Virus record (IMG/VR): IMGVR_UViG_3300042445_002023
DNA: 64,000 bases
Source of the DNA: a virus
Taxonomy: Duplodnaviria > Heunggongvirae > Uroviricota > Caudoviricetes
Reading direction: 5' to 3' (one strand)
Of this stretch, positions 29,969 to 39,823 are shown piece after piece. Numbering within the stretch: position 1 is the first letter of the stretch; each line of letters begins with the position of its first letter. The notes beneath the pieces are model-generated. The model searched no databases. It was not told where the DNA came from and worked only from the letters and a program-made list of their open reading frames with translations. A program made the position numbers and the translations under genes.

Positions 29969-31090
29969 ATGGCAAAACAGGAATTGGATTTAGCCGATAT
30001 TCTAGCGAGTGAGCTAAATAAACAATCTAAAGACCAAAAAGTAGCATTCTTCTTAGATGATGATGCGACTCCTACAAACGTAGAGGGTTGGGTATCAACC
30101 GGATGTGCTACATTAGATGTTGCGATTTCAAATCGTCCTTATGGTGGATTGCCTGTTGGTAGAATTGTTGAGATAACAGGATTAGAACAAAGTGGAAAAT
30201 CATTAGTATCTGCACACATCCTTGCTGAAACACAAAAGCAAGGTGGTGTTGCAGTGTTAATAGATACTGAAACTGCAGTGAGTAGAGAATTTCTTGAAGC
30301 AATCGGTGTGGATGTAAAGAAATTACTTTATGTATCAGCAGACTCAGTTGAACAAATTTTTGATTTTACTGAAACTATTATTGAGAAAGTTAGACAGACA
30401 GACAAAGACAGGTTAGTAGTAATTGTAACCGATTCAGTAGCAGCAGCATCCACTAAAACGGAGTTGGCTTCTGATTATGGTAAAGATGGCTATGCAACTG
30501 ACAAAGCAATCATCATCTCAAAGGCGATGAGAAAGATTACCAATATGATTGGTAGACAAAAAATCTTATTAGTATATACAAACCAACTTCGTCAGAAAAT
30601 GAACGCAATGCCGTTCGGTGACCCGTGGACTACATCCGGTGGTAAAGCCTTAGCATTCCATGCTTCGGTTAGATTACGTTTGAAAGGAATGGGACAGATT
30701 AAGATGAAGGTAAATGGTAACGATAAAATCGTTGGTATGAAAGTAAGAGCTCAAGTCGTTAAGAATAGAATGGGCCCACCATTAAGATGTGCCGATTTTG
30801 ATATCTTCTTTGATAGAGGAATCGATAACTATGGTTCGTGGTTAGTTGTAATGAAAGATAATAAAATCGTTAAACAAGCAGGTGCTTGGTATGAATATAC
30901 TGATACTGAAAGTGGCGAAGTTATTAAATTCCAATCTAAAGATTTCATTACTTTGATGGAAAGTAGGGTTGACGTTAGAGAACAAATATATAAAAAGATT
31001 TGTGAATCTACGATATTACAATACAAATCAGATACATTAGATATCGAAAATATGGAAATCGATGAATCAGGTGCAGGAATGGATGATTAA
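29969..31090 (+). CDS. RecA/UvsX-family recombinase
   Basis: Walker A (GLEQSGKSL), a RecA-like core (VVIVTDSVAA; LVYTNQLRQKM), and a size of 373 aa. Confidence 0.65.
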   Translation: MAKQELDLADILASELNKQSKDQKVAFFLDDDATPTNVEGWVSTGCATLDVAISNRPYGGLPVGRIVEITGLEQSGKSLVSAHILAETQKQGGVAVLIDTETAVSREFLEAIGVDVKKLLYVSADSVEQIFDFTETIIEKVRQTDKDRLVVIVTDSVAAASTKTELASDYGKDGYATDKAIIISKAMRKITNMIGRQKILLVYTNQLRQKMNAMPFGDPWTTSGGKALAFHASVRLRLKGMGQIKMKVNGNDKIVGMKVRAQVVKNRMGPPLRCADFDIFFDRGIDNYGSWLVVMKDNKIVKQAGAWYEYTDTESGEVIKFQSKDFITLMESRVDVREQIYKKICESTILQYKSDTLDIENMEIDESGAGMDD

Positions 31091-31105
31091 TTTAAAAACA
31101 ACACA

Positions 31106-32149
31106 TTGAAAGCAATATACAAAAACATTTTAGAATCGGTAGAAAAAGAACACACTAGCAATTCTATTAAAACTAGAAATTCTAGAGTTCTGATAATTGA
31201 TGGATTAAATACATTCATCCGTTGCTGGTCATCCATTCCCACAATGAATGATGATGGCGACCATTTAGGTGGTGTAACGGGTGTCTTAAAATCAATAGGT
31301 TACGCAATCCGTCAGGTTCAACCGACTCGTGTTATTGTAGTTTTCGATGGTAAAGGTGGCTCCCAAAGTAGAAAAAAGAGATTTTCGGGTTATAAGGCAG
31401 ATAGAGACCCAAACAAACTTAGAGTGAATCGTCAATATGCCGGTATGATGAATATCGAGGATGAACGCGAATCAATGAAAAGACAATTTGTTTGGTTGAA
31501 CGAAATGCTAAATTATCTACCTGTAACCAACATGATATATGATGGTGTAGAGGCAGATGATGTTATGGCCTATATCACTACACAACTACTTAAAGAGGAT
31601 GAACAAGCGGTGGTTATGTCAACTGATAAGGATTTCCTTCAATTGGTTAACGAAAAAACCATCGTTTGGTCACCCACCAAAAAGAAAATCTATAATAGGA
31701 ACGTTGTTAAGGAAGAATTCGGTATCGAATCAAAGAATCTACTTTTATATAGGGTATTGGATGGTGATAAATCGGATAACATACCAGGAGTTAATGGATG
31801 TGGTGTAAAAACCCTCGTAAAGAGGTTTCCAGAACTGACTGAGGATGTTAAATTATCTGTTGATGACTTATTCCGCCTATGTGAAGAAAAGAGAGGTAAG
31901 ATTAAGATATACGATGATATCCTTTCTGCAAGAGAGCAGATTCTTATGAATAGAGAATTGATGCAATTAGATGACCCCGATATATCAGGTATTATAAAAA
32001 TGAATATATTGAGTAAATTTAACGAACCAAACGACCAATTAAATAAATTAGATTTTATGAAGGTATGTTTAAAGTATAAAGCGGTAAACAACTTTGGTGA
32101 TATCAATGATTGGTTAAAAACAACATTTGGAAATATTATTACAAAATAA
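31106..32149 (+). CDS. 5'-3' exonuclease / flap endonuclease (RNase H-like)
   Basis: Shows the conserved acidic motifs of the PolI 5'-exonuclease/FEN family: LIIDGLNTF, DGKGGSQSRKKRFSGYKADR, EADDVMAYI and STDKDFLQL. Confidence 0.7.
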   Translation: MKAIYKNILESVEKEHTSNSIKTRNSRVLIIDGLNTFIRCWSSIPTMNDDGDHLGGVTGVLKSIGYAIRQVQPTRVIVVFDGKGGSQSRKKRFSGYKADRDPNKLRVNRQYAGMMNIEDERESMKRQFVWLNEMLNYLPVTNMIYDGVEADDVMAYITTQLLKEDEQAVVMSTDKDFLQLVNEKTIVWSPTKKKIYNRNVVKEEFGIESKNLLLYRVLDGDKSDNIPGVNGCGVKTLVKRFPELTEDVKLSVDDLFRLCEEKRGKIKIYDDILSAREQILMNRELMQLDDPDISGIIKMNILSKFNEPNDQLNKLDFMKVCLKYKAVNNFGDINDWLKTTFGNIITK

Positions 32150-32171
32150 CAATTAAACATGGAGGAAAACT

Positions 32172-32402
32172 ATGAAGTGTATTAAAACAATTAAGGAAGG
32201 AAAATCCTATACGTTAGGAGAAATTAAAAGAGTGACTGATATCGAGGCAGATGAGAGAGTAAAAGGTGGGCATTGGAAATTTGTTCCAAAGAGCGAATGG
32301 AAATCATCCAAAGGAAAGAGTAAGACCGAAGTGATTACCGAAGAAGTCGAAACTCAAGTTGAAGAAATTAAAACAAAAACAAAGAAGGAAAAAAATAAAT
32401 AA
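32172..32402 (+). CDS. hypothetical lysine-rich protein (76 aa)
   Basis: GGAGG site upstream; stop overlaps the helicase start. Confidence 0.4.
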   Translation: MKCIKTIKEGKSYTLGEIKRVTDIEADERVKGGHWKFVPKSEWKSSKGKSKTEVITEEVETQVEEIKTKTKKEKNK

Positions 32403-33763
32403 TGCAAGATATAGACAACTTATCGAAATACGGACAGTCTTTCCAATCTAAAGTTGTATCTGCATTATTAACCGATAATAAATTCTTAGACCAAATATCA
32501 GAAATTGTTACACCCAAATTTTTTGAATCGGATGCGAACAAATGGATAGTTAGTGAAATTGTTAACTATCATACTGAATATAGACAAGCACCCACAATGG
32601 ATGCTTTCAAAGTAAGTTTATCGAAATTAGATAACAAAGGATTACAAACAACGATTGTAGAACAATTACGCCATATCTACACACAAGTAGGTAACGTAAC
32701 TGATTTAGCCTACATTAAAACGGAATTTACATCCTTTTGTAAAAATCAAAACTTAAAACAAGTAATTCTACAATCAGTAGATTTATTAAAGGCAGGAAGT
32801 TACGATAAAATCAAAGACCTCGTAGATAGGGCAATGAAGGTTGGAGTTGAAAACGATTTAGGACATGATTATGTTTTAGATTTTGATGCACGTTCAACTG
32901 ATGAAAAGAGAGATACCGTCCCAACTGATTGGAAACCCATTACTGATTTAATGGATGGAGGATTAGGACCAGGAGAATTAGGAGTAGTAGTTGCACCATC
33001 TGGTGTTGGTAAGACATGGATTTTAACCGCATTAGGTGCATCGGCAGTTAAAGCAGGATTAAGTGTAGTTCATTATACAATGGAGTTATCAGAACACTAT
33101 GTAGGTGCAAGATACGATACAGTCTTTACTCATATCCCATCTGCAGATTTGAGAGATAGAAAAGAGGATGTTAAAGCAAAAATCAAAGGATTAAAAGGAA
33201 AATTACTTATTAAATATTATCCACCGAAGGGGGTAAGTGTTAAGAAGTTGCAAATGCATATTGAAAAAATGATTGCAGCCGGAAACCGACCTGACCTGAT
33301 TATTGTGGATTACGCAGATTTACTTCTTTCCCATTCAAATAAAACGGATTCAACTTATGCCGAACAAGGTGGTGTTTACATTGACCTTAGAGGTATGGGT
33401 GGTGAATTGAGAATTCCAATATGGACTGCTTCTCAAACAAATCGTTCTGCGATAGATTCAGATGTAATTGAAGCAGATAAGATTGCAGATTCATATGCAA
33501 AGGTTATGAATGCGGATTTCATTATGAGTTGGAGTAGAAAATCAAAAGACAAATTGAATAACACTGCAAGGGCTCACATTATGAAAAACCGATTCGGACC
33601 AGATGGAATTACATTTCCTTGTAAGATGGATACAAACACAGGATTTATTGAAGTATATGATGCAGCTTCCGCTGATGGAATCATTGCTTCAAAGGAATCT
33701 AACAATGGACAAATGGTTCAAAAACAACTTCTGCATAAAAAGTATGTAGAAAATATGGGATAA
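32402..33763 (+). CDS. DnaB-like replicative DNA helicase
   Basis: Walker A (VVVAPSGVGKTW), Walker B (LIIVDYADLL), DnaB-like N-terminal domain. Confidence 0.65.
   Translation: MQDIDNLSKYGQSFQSKVVSALLTDNKFLDQISEIVTPKFFESDANKWIVSEIVNYHTEYRQAPTMDAFKVSLSKLDNKGLQTTIVEQLRHIYTQVGNVTDLAYIKTEFTSFCKNQNLKQVILQSVDLLKAGSYDKIKDLVDRAMKVGVENDLGHDYVLDFDARSTDEKRDTVPTDWKPITDLMDGGLGPGELGVVVAPSGVGKTWILTALGASAVKAGLSVVHYTMELSEHYVGARYDTVFTHIPSADLRDRKEDVKAKIKGLKGKLLIKYYPPKGVSVKKLQMHIEKMIAAGNRPDLIIVDYADLLLSHSNKTDSTYAEQGGVYIDLRGMGGELRIPIWTASQTNRSAIDSDVIEADKIADSYAKVMNADFIMSWSRKSKDKLNNTARAHIMKNRFGPDGITFPCKMDTNTGFIEVYDAASADGIIASKESNNGQMVQKQLLHKKYVENMG
33720..33759 (+). repeat. 40-bp direct repeat, copy 1 (the 3' end of the helicase gene)
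   Basis: AAAAACAACTTCTGCATAAAAAGTATGTAGAAAATATGGG occurs again exactly at 34873-34912. Confidence 0.9.
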
Positions 33764-33766
33764 GTT

Positions 33767-34873
33767 ATGAAATTATTACTAGGAGATTGTTTAGATAAAC
33801 TTAAAGAATTAGATGATAATTCGGTGGATAGTATTGTTACTGACCCGCCATATGGACTTGCATTTATGGGCAAACACTGGGATTATGATGTTCCATCACA
33901 GCAGATATGGGAAGAATGCCTTCGTGTTCTAAAACCAGGAGGTCATATCCTTTCATTCGCGGGTAGTAGAACTTATCACAGAATGGCTGTAAGAATTGAA
34001 GATGCAGGGTTTGAGATTAGAGACCAGATTATGTGGATATATGGTTCAGGGTTTCCTAAATCACATAACATAGGACATAAGTTAGAAGAATGGCAAGGTT
34101 GGGGAACTGCTCTTAAACCGGCACATGAACCTATTGTAATGGCAAGAAAACCTTTGAGTGAAAGCACAGTAGCAGAGAATGTTTTAGAATGGGGAACTGG
34201 TGGGATAAACATAGATGGTTGCAGGATTGAACTTAATGGTGATTATAAATCAAAAGCAAATGGTAGACCCTCATTGACAGGATTAGATGATGGTTATGAT
34301 AGTAGTAACGCTAACATAGCAGATACAATAGGCAGATTTCCAGCAAATGTAATCTTTGATGAAGAAGCAGGTAGGTTATTGGATGAACAAAGTGGAGTAT
34401 CAAAATCACCAGGAGGTAGTGGGGATAAATCAATGGGAGAATTGGGCAAAAACGGTAAATATGGAAACTATGCATTAGATGTTAAAGCTGCAAATTTAGG
34501 TGGATTGGGAGATGTTGGTGGTGCTAGTAGATTTTTCTACTGTCCTAAAACATCAAAGAGTGATAGAAACGAAGGAAGTAATAACACACACCCGACTGTC
34601 AAACCAACGGATTTGATGCTATACCTTATTCGTTTGGTTACTAAAAACGATGGAACGATATTAGACCCGTTTATGGGAAGTGGAAGTACTGGTAAAGCAG
34701 CAATTAGAGGTGGTTTTGATTTTATTGGTATTGAAAGAGAAAAAGAATACTTTGAAATTTCGAAAACAAGAATTGAATATGAAAAAAACAGACCGGTTAG
34801 CAAACCAATAAAAGGAAACCGTGTAGAAGTGAAACCGGAAGTGAAAGAAAAAATAAATCAATTTTTTGAGTAA
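33767..34873 (+). CDS. DNA N6-adenine/N4-cytosine methyltransferase, beta class
   Basis: Motif IV (IVTDPPYGLAF) lies before motif I (LDPFMGSGSTGKAA); the gene is flanked by 40-bp direct repeats. Confidence 0.7.
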   Translation: MKLLLGDCLDKLKELDDNSVDSIVTDPPYGLAFMGKHWDYDVPSQQIWEECLRVLKPGGHILSFAGSRTYHRMAVRIEDAGFEIRDQIMWIYGSGFPKSHNIGHKLEEWQGWGTALKPAHEPIVMARKPLSESTVAENVLEWGTGGINIDGCRIELNGDYKSKANGRPSLTGLDDGYDSSNANIADTIGRFPANVIFDEEAGRLLDEQSGVSKSPGGSGDKSMGELGKNGKYGNYALDVKAANLGGLGDVGGASRFFYCPKTSKSDRNEGSNNTHPTVKPTDLMLYLIRLVTKNDGTILDPFMGSGSTGKAAIRGGFDFIGIEREKEYFEISKTRIEYEKNRPVSKPIKGNRVEVKPEVKEKINQFFE

Positions 34874-34912
34874 AAAACAACTTCTGCATAAAAAGTATGT
34901 AGAAAATATGGG
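34873..34912 (+). repeat. 40-bp direct repeat, copy 2
   Basis: Identical to 33720-33759; duplicates the last 12 codons and the stop of the helicase gene. Confidence 0.9.
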
Positions 34913-34913
34913 G

Positions 34914-34946
34914 TAACCCTATTATAATAAAGGGGTTAGCTTTTTG
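34914..34946 (+). terminator. possible rho-independent terminator: TAACCCT ... AGGGGTTA followed by TTTTT
   Basis: Imperfect hairpin plus T-run immediately after the second repeat copy. Confidence 0.4.
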
Positions 34947-35079
34947 TTAGTATGGGATAATAAAAAAGAAAAAAAATATTAAAAAAAATCATTTCTTTTT
35001 TTCATATATACAATAGTTATACTCACCAACAAGATATTTTGTTGGAGTAATTTTTAACAATTTAACAAACAAACAATTT

Positions 35080-35250
35080 ATGGCAACATCAACTGAATTA
35101 TTCGAACAAATGAAGGATTTATTTACTCAATTCGAAGCAGAACACAACGGAGCAACTAAAGCATCCAAATCAAGAGCAAGAAAAGCGATTGGAGAATTAA
35201 AAAAACTTATTACAGATTATAGAAAATTATCAGTAGAAGAGAACAAATAA
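35080..35250 (+). CDS. small basic protein (56 aa), histone-H1-like or nucleoid-associated (not in the supplied track)
   Basis: ATG at 35080, in-frame TAA at 35248; sequence KASKSRARKAIGELKKLITDYRK. Confidence 0.3.
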   Translation: MATSTELFEQMKDLFTQFEAEHNGATKASKSRARKAIGELKKLITDYRKLSVEENK

Positions 35251-35263
35251 AAAAAGTTACAAA

Positions 35264-36277
35264 ATGAGCAAACTATTTACTGAAAGAATTCCATTCAAAC
35301 CTTTTGAATTTCCGATATATTATACTGAGGGATGGTTAAAACAAGCACAGGCATTTTGGTTACATACCGAAATCCCAATGCAAGGTGATATTAAGGATTG
35401 GAATGAAACTCTAACTGATTCTGAAAAGAATTTAGTAGGTAACATCCTTTTAGGATTTGCTCAGACTGAGTGTGCCGTATCTGATTATTGGACTAATATG
35501 GTTACCCAATGGTTTCCAAAACATGAAATCCGTCAGATGGCAATGATGTTTGGTTCTCAAGAAACAATTCACGCAATTGCATATTCGTATCTAAATGAAA
35601 CTTTAGGATTAGATGATTTTGAAGCATTTTTACACGAACCTGCAATTGCAGAAAAGTTTGAATTATTAACAAAAACTACTTCGGATTGGACACATGAGGA
35701 TTTGGCAACAAACCCAATTGCAAGAAAAGAAGTTGGTAGAAGTTTAGCAATATTCTCAGCATTTTCAGAGGGTGTATCCCTTTATTCATCATTTGCAGTT
35801 CTTTACTCATTCCAAATGAGAAATAAATTAAAAGGAATTGGACAACAAATGAAGTGGAGTGTAAGAGATGAATCCCTACATAGTAGAATGGGATGTCAAT
35901 TATTCAGACATATGTGTGATGAATTTCCAGAATTATTAGAAGATGCTAAAGTATCAATTTATGAAGCAGCAAAACTAATAATGGAATTAGAACATAGATT
36001 TATTGATAAGATGTTTGAACAGGGTGATTTAGAGAATATGAAAAAAGATGACCTAAAACACTTTATTATTAAACGAATTAATGAGAAACTTGCAGAGTTA
36101 GGATACAATCCAATGCCTGGCGGTGATGATTATTTTGAATTCAATAAAAAGAAAGCAGCTGAATTGGATTGGTTCTATCACCTAACTGGAGGTTTAACTC
36201 ATACGGATTTCTTCGCAATGAGACCTACTGATTATTCAAAAGCAGGTGAGGGTGAGAATTGGGATGACTTATTTTAA
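35264..36277 (+). CDS. nrdB: ribonucleotide reductase class I small subunit
   Basis: Di-iron ligand motifs: SVRDESLH and an EEAIH-like HAIAYSY region; 337 aa; lies directly upstream of the large subunit. Confidence 0.7.
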   Translation: MSKLFTERIPFKPFEFPIYYTEGWLKQAQAFWLHTEIPMQGDIKDWNETLTDSEKNLVGNILLGFAQTECAVSDYWTNMVTQWFPKHEIRQMAMMFGSQETIHAIAYSYLNETLGLDDFEAFLHEPAIAEKFELLTKTTSDWTHEDLATNPIARKEVGRSLAIFSAFSEGVSLYSSFAVLYSFQMRNKLKGIGQQMKWSVRDESLHSRMGCQLFRHMCDEFPELLEDAKVSIYEAAKLIMELEHRFIDKMFEQGDLENMKKDDLKHFIIKRINEKLAELGYNPMPGGDDYFEFNKKKAAELDWFYHLTGGLTHTDFFAMRPTDYSKAGEGENWDDLF

Positions 36278-36290
36278 ATAAAACAATATT

Positions 36291-38072
36291 ATGGCAAAAA
36301 ATCAAGGTGAAGAATTTGGATGGGAACTTGGTGTCGATTTTCCGGAGTGGGGTAATACCGAAGTATATGTTAAAACCATATCAAAGGGTTACTTGATTGA
36401 GGGAGAAACACCGAAAGATGCGTATTGGAGAGTGTCTACAAAAGTAGCACAGAGATTAGGCCAACCGCAACTAGCATCTAAATTTTTCGATTATATATGG
36501 AGAGGATGGTTATGTTTAGCTACACCGGTATTATCAAACACAGGTACTGATAGGGGATTACCTATTAGTTGTTTTGGTATAGATGTAGCAGATTCCATTT
36601 TTGATATAGGTTCAAAGAATTTAGAATTAATGCTATTAGCAAAGCATGGTGGTGGAGTTGGTATTGGTATAAACCAAATCAGACCAGCAGGTGCAAAGAT
36701 TACCGGTAATGGTACATCTGATGGAGTAGTTCCATTTGCTAAAATATATGACTCAACTATTCTTGCAACGAATCAAGGTTCGGTAAGAAGAGGTGCAGCA
36801 TCAGTAAACTTAAACATCGAACATAAAGATTTTGAAGATTGGTTGGAGATTAGAGAACCGAAGGGTGATGTTAATCGTCAATGTTTAAATCTTCATCAAT
36901 GTGCAGTTGTGGGTGATAAGTTTATGAGAAAACTACAAGATGGAGAATCTGAGGCTAGAAGAAAATGGAGTAAACTACTTCAGAAAAGAAAAGCAACAGG
37001 TGAACCTTATATCTTATTTAAGGGTAATGTTAATAAGCAAAACCCATCTATGTACAAACAAAATGGATTGAAAGTTTTTATGACTAATATCTGTTCTGAA
37101 ATTGTATTACATACCGATGAATCACATTCATTCGTTTGTTGCCTAAGTTCTTTAAACTTAGCAAAATATGATGAGTGGAAGGATACGGATTTGATTTACA
37201 CATCAACTTATTTCTTAGATGGAGTTCTTTCAGAATTCATACAAAAGGCTAAGAATATGAAAGGATTTGAAAATGCAGTTCGTTCAGCAGAAAAAGGTAG
37301 AGCATTGGGGTTAGGTGTATTAGGATGGCATACTTACCTACAACAAAGAGGAATTCCATTTGAAGGAATGCCTGCTCAATTTGAAACTCGTAAGATATTT
37401 TCTCAAATGAAAATTGAATCTGAAAGAGCAAGTAGAGATATGGCATCTGAATATGGTGAACCACTTTGGTGTAGAGATAGTGGTTTCCGTAATACTCACT
37501 TACGTGCAATCGCACCAACAGTTTCTAACTCTAAATTGAGTGGAGATGTAAGTTCTGGTATTGAGCCGTGGGCAGCAAATGTATTTACGGAACAAACTTC
37601 AAAAGGAACATTCATTCGTAGAAATTCTGAATTAGAAAAACTACTTAAAAAAGTGGGAATCAATACCAAAGAAATTTGGGATAAGATTTTAGAAGATGGT
37701 GGTTCTATTCAAGATATAGCAGAATTAGATAATTGGTGTTTTGTAAATGGTAAAGCAATTCTTTGTGAAGAGGTATTACCTGAAGACAAACATAAAACAT
37801 TTAATGTTAAGGATGTATTTAAAACATTCAAAGAAATTAACCAATTAGATTTAGTAAGACAGGCGGGTATTAGACAACAATATATAGACCAATCAGTTTC
37901 ACTAAACTTAGCATTCCCTGCAATTGCAGAACCTAAATGGATTAATCAGGTAACAATGGAGGCTTGGAAACAAGGAGTTAAGACATTGTACTACATGAGA
38001 ACGGAATCCGTATTAAGAGGCGATATTGCTACAAAGGCAATGGACCCTGAATGTGTAAGTTGTGAAGGATAA
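36291..38072 (+). CDS. nrdA: ribonucleotide reductase class I large subunit, lacking the ATP cone
   Basis: Active-site NICSEI motif and a C-terminal redox Cys pair (ECVSCEG). Confidence 0.7.
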   Translation: MAKNQGEEFGWELGVDFPEWGNTEVYVKTISKGYLIEGETPKDAYWRVSTKVAQRLGQPQLASKFFDYIWRGWLCLATPVLSNTGTDRGLPISCFGIDVADSIFDIGSKNLELMLLAKHGGGVGIGINQIRPAGAKITGNGTSDGVVPFAKIYDSTILATNQGSVRRGAASVNLNIEHKDFEDWLEIREPKGDVNRQCLNLHQCAVVGDKFMRKLQDGESEARRKWSKLLQKRKATGEPYILFKGNVNKQNPSMYKQNGLKVFMTNICSEIVLHTDESHSFVCCLSSLNLAKYDEWKDTDLIYTSTYFLDGVLSEFIQKAKNMKGFENAVRSAEKGRALGLGVLGWHTYLQQRGIPFEGMPAQFETRKIFSQMKIESERASRDMASEYGEPLWCRDSGFRNTHLRAIAPTVSNSKLSGDVSSGIEPWAANVFTEQTSKGTFIRRNSELEKLLKKVGINTKEIWDKILEDGGSIQDIAELDNWCFVNGKAILCEEVLPEDKHKTFNVKDVFKTFKEINQLDLVRQAGIRQQYIDQSVSLNLAFPAIAEPKWINQVTMEAWKQGVKTLYYMRTESVLRGDIATKAMDPECVSCEG

Positions 38073-38091
38073 ACAAAAAGGAAAAAACAAA

Positions 38092-38355
38092 ATGGTAACA
38101 GTTAAGAAATTTTCAGCAGTGTGGTGTGGCCCTTGTAGAGCATTAGCTCCGGTTATTAATGAAATAAAAAATCAATTTTCAAATGTTAAATTTGAAGATT
38201 ACGATGTAGATATCGCATATGATGAGGCAACAAAGTACGGAATTCGTTCAGTACCGACCGTAATCATTGAAAAAGATGGTAAAGAAATAAATCGCTTTAC
38301 TGGAATGTCTTCGAAGATGGCATATATAAACGCAATAAATGAATGTATCCAATAA
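38092..38355 (+). CDS. thioredoxin
   Basis: WCGPC active site; start taken at the ATG at 38092 rather than the track's GTG at 38062. Confidence 0.7.
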   Translation: MVTVKKFSAVWCGPCRALAPVINEIKNQFSNVKFEDYDVDIAYDEATKYGIRSVPTVIIEKDGKEINRFTGMSSKMAYINAINECIQ

Positions 38356-38524
38356 TAGACGAGGGGAAAATCATCCTAAGGCTAAACTAACAAACGAGCA
38401 AGTTATATCAATAAGAGACCTTTTTAAGAAAGGGTTTTCAGTTAATGTTATAGCAAGAAACTTTAAAGTTAGTAAGTGGAATATTTCAGAAATTGTAAAA
38501 CGTCAAACGTGGACACACATTTGA
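38339..38524 (+). CDS. small helix-turn-helix-like protein (61 aa); possible remnant of a homing-endonuclease DNA-binding module
   Basis: The segment NHPKAKLTNEQVISIRDLFKKGFSVNVIARNFKVSKWNISEIVKR resembles the helix-turn-helix modules of free-standing endonucleases; sits in the RNR/thioredoxin neighbourhood. Confidence 0.3.
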   Translation: MNVSNNRRGENHPKAKLTNEQVISIRDLFKKGFSVNVIARNFKVSKWNISEIVKRQTWTHI

Positions 38525-38527
38525 TTT

Positions 38528-38556
38528 GGAAATACGGAATATTTTTCGTATCTTTG
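38528..38556 (+). promoter_or_regulatory. early/middle promoter-like motif: GGAAATACGGAATATTTTTCGTATCTTTG
   Basis: Same motif family; 35 nt upstream of methyltransferase paralog 1. Confidence 0.5.
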
Positions 38557-38590
38557 ATAAAATATAAACTGAATAAAATAATAAAAGGTT

Positions 38591-39823
38591 ATGTATATAG
38601 AGTATTTTGATAAATTTTATGGTATGACACCATATCTTTATATCGGTAAGGAAGAGTGGTCTCACATTAAAAAAACATACCAAAGAGAAGACGTTAAGGA
38701 ATCTCTTGCCAAAGTATGTATGACATATGAATTACCATATGCAGATATTTCTGAAGAGGATGCAAGAAAAGAGTATCTTAAATTAAAAGGAACTCGTTAT
38801 CACGAACTTCTAACCGAAGGTGAGTGGTTTCCTCGTAAGGCATCTGAAACCCGTTATCCATTAGGATTTCAAGGTAAACAACAATATGTAAGAAGGCTGA
38901 ATACTGGTAATGGGGCATCGAATCATTTTCAACAAGCAAATAGATGGAGCGTAGATGGGACAGTATCGCCTGGCCCATTCCGTACTTGGAATAACCCTGA
39001 TTTTATGTTTTCACTAATCGGTGGAATGTATACCCTAAAATTTGATGAGGTTAGTAAAAATACCCTAAGAACTTGTCTATCTTTAAGAAAGTATATTTGT
39101 TCTCAGTTCAAACCAAACGTAGCAAAGGCACTTTATGATTTCGTTCAAGCAAAGAATGTATTAGATATTTCTGCTGGATGGGGTGATAGATTATGTGGAT
39201 TTTTCGCATCAGAATATGGTGAGCATTATGTAGGTATTGACCCGCGTAAAGAAAATCATCCAATATACGAAAAACAAGCCGAATTCTATAAAAAGAATAA
39301 TGGTTTTTTTGAAACTGATAAGAGGGCAACCTTTCATTGTTCTCCCGCAGAGGATATGGATTATAGTGAGTATACCGATTACTTTGATATTGTATTCAGT
39401 TCGCCACCATATTTCAACGTAGAGAGATATTCATATGATGATACTCAAAGTTGGATTCGATATAAAAATATTGATGCATGGAATAAATTATTCTTACATG
39501 CAACGATTGAAAAAGTATGGCCTACTATCCGTAAGGGTGGGTATCTAGCAGTTAATATCGCAGATGTATATGCATCCTCAAAGGGTGATGGCAAAGGTCA
39601 ACAGGAAATCACTAACCCAATGAACGATTTTATTTCCACATTAGAAGGTGCAGAGTATCAAGGATGTTTAGGTATGGAAATGGCTAAGAGGCCAGGTTCA
39701 ATTGGAGCAGGTGCAATGATTGAGGGAGATGAAGACCGATATTCCGAAGAAGAAAAGCAAAAGGCAATTGAAAATGCCGGTAAAACTTTCTGCGAACCGG
39801 TATGGGTATTTAGGAAAATGTAA
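38591..39823 (+). CDS. SPPY-motif methyltransferase-like protein, paralog 1 (putative DNA amino-methyltransferase with an unrecognised N-terminal domain)
   Basis: Motif I-like DISAGWGDRLCGFFAS...HYVGIDP, then motif IV FSSPPYFN about 75 aa later; paralogous to 39828 and 48533. Confidence 0.5.
   Translation: MYIEYFDKFYGMTPYLYIGKEEWSHIKKTYQREDVKESLAKVCMTYELPYADISEEDARKEYLKLKGTRYHELLTEGEWFPRKASETRYPLGFQGKQQYVRRLNTGNGASNHFQQANRWSVDGTVSPGPFRTWNNPDFMFSLIGGMYTLKFDEVSKNTLRTCLSLRKYICSQFKPNVAKALYDFVQAKNVLDISAGWGDRLCGFFASEYGEHYVGIDPRKENHPIYEKQAEFYKKNNGFFETDKRATFHCSPAEDMDYSEYTDYFDIVFSSPPYFNVERYSYDDTQSWIRYKNIDAWNKLFLHATIEKVWPTIRKGGYLAVNIADVYASSKGDGKGQQEITNPMNDFISTLEGAEYQGCLGMEMAKRPGSIGAGAMIEGDEDRYSEEEKQKAIENAGKTFCEPVWVFRKM

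Noticed and set aside
36291-38072. Looked for an intein or intron in the RNR large subunit, the DNA polymerase and the DnaB helicase, which are common intein hosts
   Set aside because: Each gene is continuous and of minimal length, with catalytic motifs in the normal order. No extra Hint or homing-endonuclease block was seen there. The only Hint domain is in the structural gene at 1366.
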